Positions 61,539 to 64,000 of a stretch of 64,000 bases of DNA are shown one piece after another; the stretch's first letter is position 1, and each line of letters opens with the position of its first letter. The notes beneath the pieces were generated by a model. It was not told the DNA's origin. It worked only from the letters and a program-made list of their open reading frames with translations, and searched no databases. Position numbers and translations under genes: made by a program. The stretch covers positions 58,953 to 122,952 of the forward strand of contig JAABSW010000001.1 of assembly GCA_011390155.1 (NCBI GenBank), written 5' to 3'. The stretch comes from Clostridiaceae bacterium (GTDB taxonomy: Bacteria > Bacillota > Clostridia > Peptostreptococcales > Tindalliaceae).

Positions 61539-63194
61539 TTACGCTTTCTCAGCGGGGATAACGTTGGACACTGGATCAATGATGAACTCTGCAACCATGG
61601 TTCCATCATAAGACAAAAGCTTATCAATGGCTGCTTCAATTTCCTCAGACCTGGTTACCCGAATGGCATGGAATCCATAGGCTTCCGCCAGTTTTACAAA
61701 ATCAGGGTTACCCTTCAGTGTCGTTTGCGTATAGCGTTTTTCGCAATTATGTTCCTGTAATTCACGAACCATGCCAAGGCAACTATTGTTCAATAGAATA
61801 ATCTTGATGTCCAAGCCCTCCTGTGCAGCAGTGGCCAATTCTGTTAAATTCATCTGAAAACTGCCATCTCCTGTGATGAGAGCCACCTGTTTGTCCGGTT
61901 GTCCTATTTTAGCACCGATGGCTGCGGGTAAACCATATCCCATGGTGCCCAGGCCGCCTGATGTTAAAAAAGTGCGAGGCTTCTCAAACCCATAATACCG
62001 GCCGGTCCATACCTGATGCTGGCCTACGTCGGTGGCAACAATGGTGTCATTTGATGATTTTCGAGACAATGTTTTGATGATTTCCATAGGGTCCAGTCCA
62101 TTGGCACCATCACCGGCACCGGTTCCCTTTGTGAATTTTTTCCAATTTTGGACTTGTTGTATCCATTCCGGATTTTCCCGGTGAAATTCCTGCGACAGCA
62201 GGCCCTGCAGGGTATTCTTTATATCTCCGACAATGGGGATATGAATGTCAATGTTCTTACCGATTTCTGCCGGGTCCACATCAATGTGAACAACAGTGCG
62301 GGCTGACTGGGCGAACTCCTCACGTTTTCCTGTAGACCTGTCTGCCATGCGTGAACCCATGACGATGAGAAAATCGGCTTCAGCGACGGCCTGCTTCGCC
62401 GGGTAAACACCATGGTCCCAGCCCAGCATACCCAGGGAGAGGGGGTGACTGGAAGGGAAGGCCCCAATTCCCATTAAGGTAGTGGCAACAGGCGCTTGCA
62501 TCCGTTCTGCAAAGGCAATCAGTTCCTCTGTAGCATTGGCGATCACACCACCGCCCCCCACAATGATCATTGGTTTTTTGCTTTCCATCATGGCGCTAAC
62601 AGCTTTTTTAATCTGTCGTGGATGTCCCTTGGTGGTAGGTTTATAACCACGCAAATCAATACTGTCAGGGTATTTGAAATCCATTGTGTCCAGTTGAATA
62701 TCTTTGGGAATGTCAATCAGTACGGGTCCGGGTCTTCCGGTGGAGGCAATGTGGAAAGCTTCCTTAAAAATTCGTGGGAGGTCTTTAATGTCTTTCACCA
62801 GGTAATTGTTTTTCGTAAAGGGTTCTGTTGCACCGGTGATATCAACTTCCTGAAATACATCCTTACCAATGAGATCGGTTCCCACCTGTCCGGTGATGGC
62901 CACCATGGGAATGGAGTCCATGTAAGCGGTAGCAATGCCGGTGATCAGGTTGGTGGCGCCTGGTCCCGAGGTAGCCATACACACCCCTGTTTTTCCTGTG
63001 ACGCGGCTGTATCCACTTGCAGCATGGGCAGCACCTTGTTCGTTGCGTACCAGTACCTGGCGAATATCTGACTGAATAAGAGCATCGTATAGAAATAAAT
63101 TGGCGCCTCCAGGATAACCGAAGAGCACTTCGACACCTTCTGCCTGAAGGGATTTTACCATACATGCTGCGCCATTGATTTTCATTTTCTTCAC
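61539..63194 (-). CDS. ilvB: Acetolactate synthase large subunit (ThDP-dependent)
   Basis: GAACMVKSLQAEGVEVLFGYPGG, TSGPGATNL and ThDP motif GDGSFQMNLTELAT...NN. Confidence 0.9.
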   Translation of the reverse strand: MKKMKINGAACMVKSLQAEGVEVLFGYPGGANLFLYDALIQSDIRQVLVRNEQGAAHAASGYSRVTGKTGVCMATSGPGATNLITGIATAYMDSIPMVAITGQVGTDLIGKDVFQEVDITGATEPFTKNNYLVKDIKDLPRIFKEAFHIASTGRPGPVLIDIPKDIQLDTMDFKYPDSIDLRGYKPTTKGHPRQIKKAVSAMMESKKPMIIVGGGGVIANATEELIAFAERMQAPVATTLMGIGAFPSSHPLSLGMLGWDHGVYPAKQAVAEADFLIVMGSRMADRSTGKREEFAQSARTVVHIDVDPAEIGKNIDIHIPIVGDIKNTLQGLLSQEFHRENPEWIQQVQNWKKFTKGTGAGDGANGLDPMEIIKTLSRKSSNDTIVATDVGQHQVWTGRYYGFEKPRTFLTSGGLGTMGYGLPAAIGAKIGQPDKQVALITGDGSFQMNLTELATAAQEGLDIKIILLNNSCLGMVRELQEHNCEKRYTQTTLKGNPDFVKLAEAYGFHAIRVTRSEEIEAAIDKLLSYDGTMVAEFIIDPVSNVIPAEKA

Positions 63195-63204
63195 TCCTTA
63201 TCTG

Positions 63205-63530
63205 TCATTGATTTAATATATTTTTTGTATAAAAAAACTGCCTCATCCCAAAGGGACGAAACAGATTCTGTTCGCGGTACCACCCAAATTTCCCGTGTAA
63301 TGAACACAGGACTCTCTAACCTCTGAAGCAATGCTTCAAAAGCGGAGTCTGTTAACGAAGACCAAGCGCAGCAATCTACTTAAATTGTCAGATATTCTGC
63401 CAATTAGTTGGGTGCTGACCCTCAGGAGAGAGTGAAATGAGACTTTCTGCCGATTTACACCAACCACCGGCTCTCTGTGAGAAAGCAATTCATTTGTGGG
63501 CTCCTTCATTGGGTATTCGATAAATAATGT
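63205..63530 (-). promoter_or_regulatory. T-box riboswitch leader (probable Leu specifier CUC) with terminator, upstream of ilvB
   Basis: Minus-strand reading. AGAGAG box; specifier-loop candidate GAAAGUCUCA (CUC is the complement of 63439-63441). Conserved T-box AATTTGGGTGGTACCGCG (complement of 63273-63290). 12-bp terminator stem plus T7 (about 63228-63263). Confidence 0.8.
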
Positions 63531-63538
63531 TATCGCTT

Positions 63539-63567
63539 ACAATACCATCATCATTTAACTTTGTCAA
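63539..63567 (-). promoter_or_regulatory. Sigma-70-type promoter driving the T-box leader
   Basis: Minus strand: TTGACA (complement of 63562-63567), 17-nt spacer, TGgTATTGT extended -10 (TATTGT is the complement of 63539-63544). Confidence 0.55.
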
Positions 63568-63711
63568 CAATTATTTTACAAATAATATGTGAATTCGCAT
63601 ATTTTGCGCAACTCTCTTTCACATGGTTTGCTTGTCAAGTCATGGCAGGACAGAAACAAGGACAATATGGTAAAATATATTTTATTAAATGATTATAGTG
63701 GGAGTGGTTAG

Positions 63712-64000
63712 GTGAAAATCATTGTTGATGCAGATGGATGTCCTAAGGGCGTACTTAAAGCCTGTCTTCAGTTAGGTAAACGATATAACATAATAGTATG
63801 GACCGTAGCCAACGTGCATCATAACATTCAGTCAGATCACCATATTGTTGTTGACGGTGCTTCTCAACAGGCTGATCTGAAGGTGATGAACACGTCTAAA
63901 CCGGGAGACCTGGTGGTGACACAGGACTGGGGCCTTGCTGCCCTGGTGCTGGGAAAGGGTTGTCGCTGTATTCATCCTTCTGGAAAAGAATACCAGAATG
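63712..64000 (+). CDS. YaiI/YqxD (UPF0178/DUF188) family protein, C-terminus off the window
   Basis: GTG start after [33 protein letters not shown]...[30 protein letters not shown]. No stop before the window end. Confidence 0.7.
   Translation, partial: MKIIVDADGCPKGVLKACLQLGKRYNIIVWTVANVHHNIQSDHHIVVDGASQQADLKVMNTSKPGDLVVTQDWGLAALVLGKGCRCIHPSGKEYQN

Overview
The window is about 60 tightly packed genes, with gene content typical of a strictly anaerobic, selenocysteine-using Firmicute (Clostridia-like; taxonomy is inferred from gene content only). I saw no transposases, integrases, phage genes or CRISPR array.

Gene order, start to end:
- ftsE-like fragment, EnvC-like coiled-coil protein, PhzF-family isomerase, CrtI-like oxidoreductase with a TetR regulator
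- DUF4342 protein with an OmpR/histidine-kinase two-component pair
- three-gene HydC / HydB::GltD / HydA-like [FeFe]-hydrogenase-type module
- ECF-S-like membrane protein, P-type Ca-ATPase
- LRAT-like protein divergent from an ADP-ribosylglycohydrolase
- UPF0016 transporter fusion, GHL10 hydrolase
- sulfur/amino-acid block: CysK-like, SLC13, split YeeE/YedE, RidA, aminotransferase, ThrC
- selenocysteine formate dehydrogenase with a fused AsrA/AsrB-like partner, then MtnA
- DUF3006, a sensor-less sigma-54 activator, a sigma-54 promoter, then grdX-grdE-grdB(Sec)
- cardiolipin synthase, stalk/PrcB/GerMN protein, DsrE-like protein
- six-gene DUF5320 / DUF134 / NifX-like / 2x MinD-ferredoxin / Mrp-NifX operon
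- LysR, aminotransferase, CofE-like protein, glycerate kinase
- tRNA-Gly(CCC), SDR
- a 1735-aa secreted BNR/InlB-B-repeat protein behind a roughly 640-nt structured leader
- stalk-domain protein, nitrilase
- a T-box(Leu)-controlled ilvB-ilvN operon ending in a thioredoxin-like UxxS gene
- yaiI fragment

Three in-frame TGA codons split ORFs in the supplied track and are best read as selenocysteine: fdhA at 29635, grdB at 38782 and the thioredoxin-like gene at 60965.

The strongest candidates for poorly described or undescribed biology are:
- the DUF5320/DUF134/NifX/MinD-Fer4/Mrp operon
- the NuoF::GltD plus HydA(TSCSP) module
- the Sec-FDH with an AsrAB-type partner
- the orphan sigma-54/DUF3006-controlled grdXEB set
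- the giant secreted protein and its leader

All family assignments come from motif recognition by eye. No searches were run.
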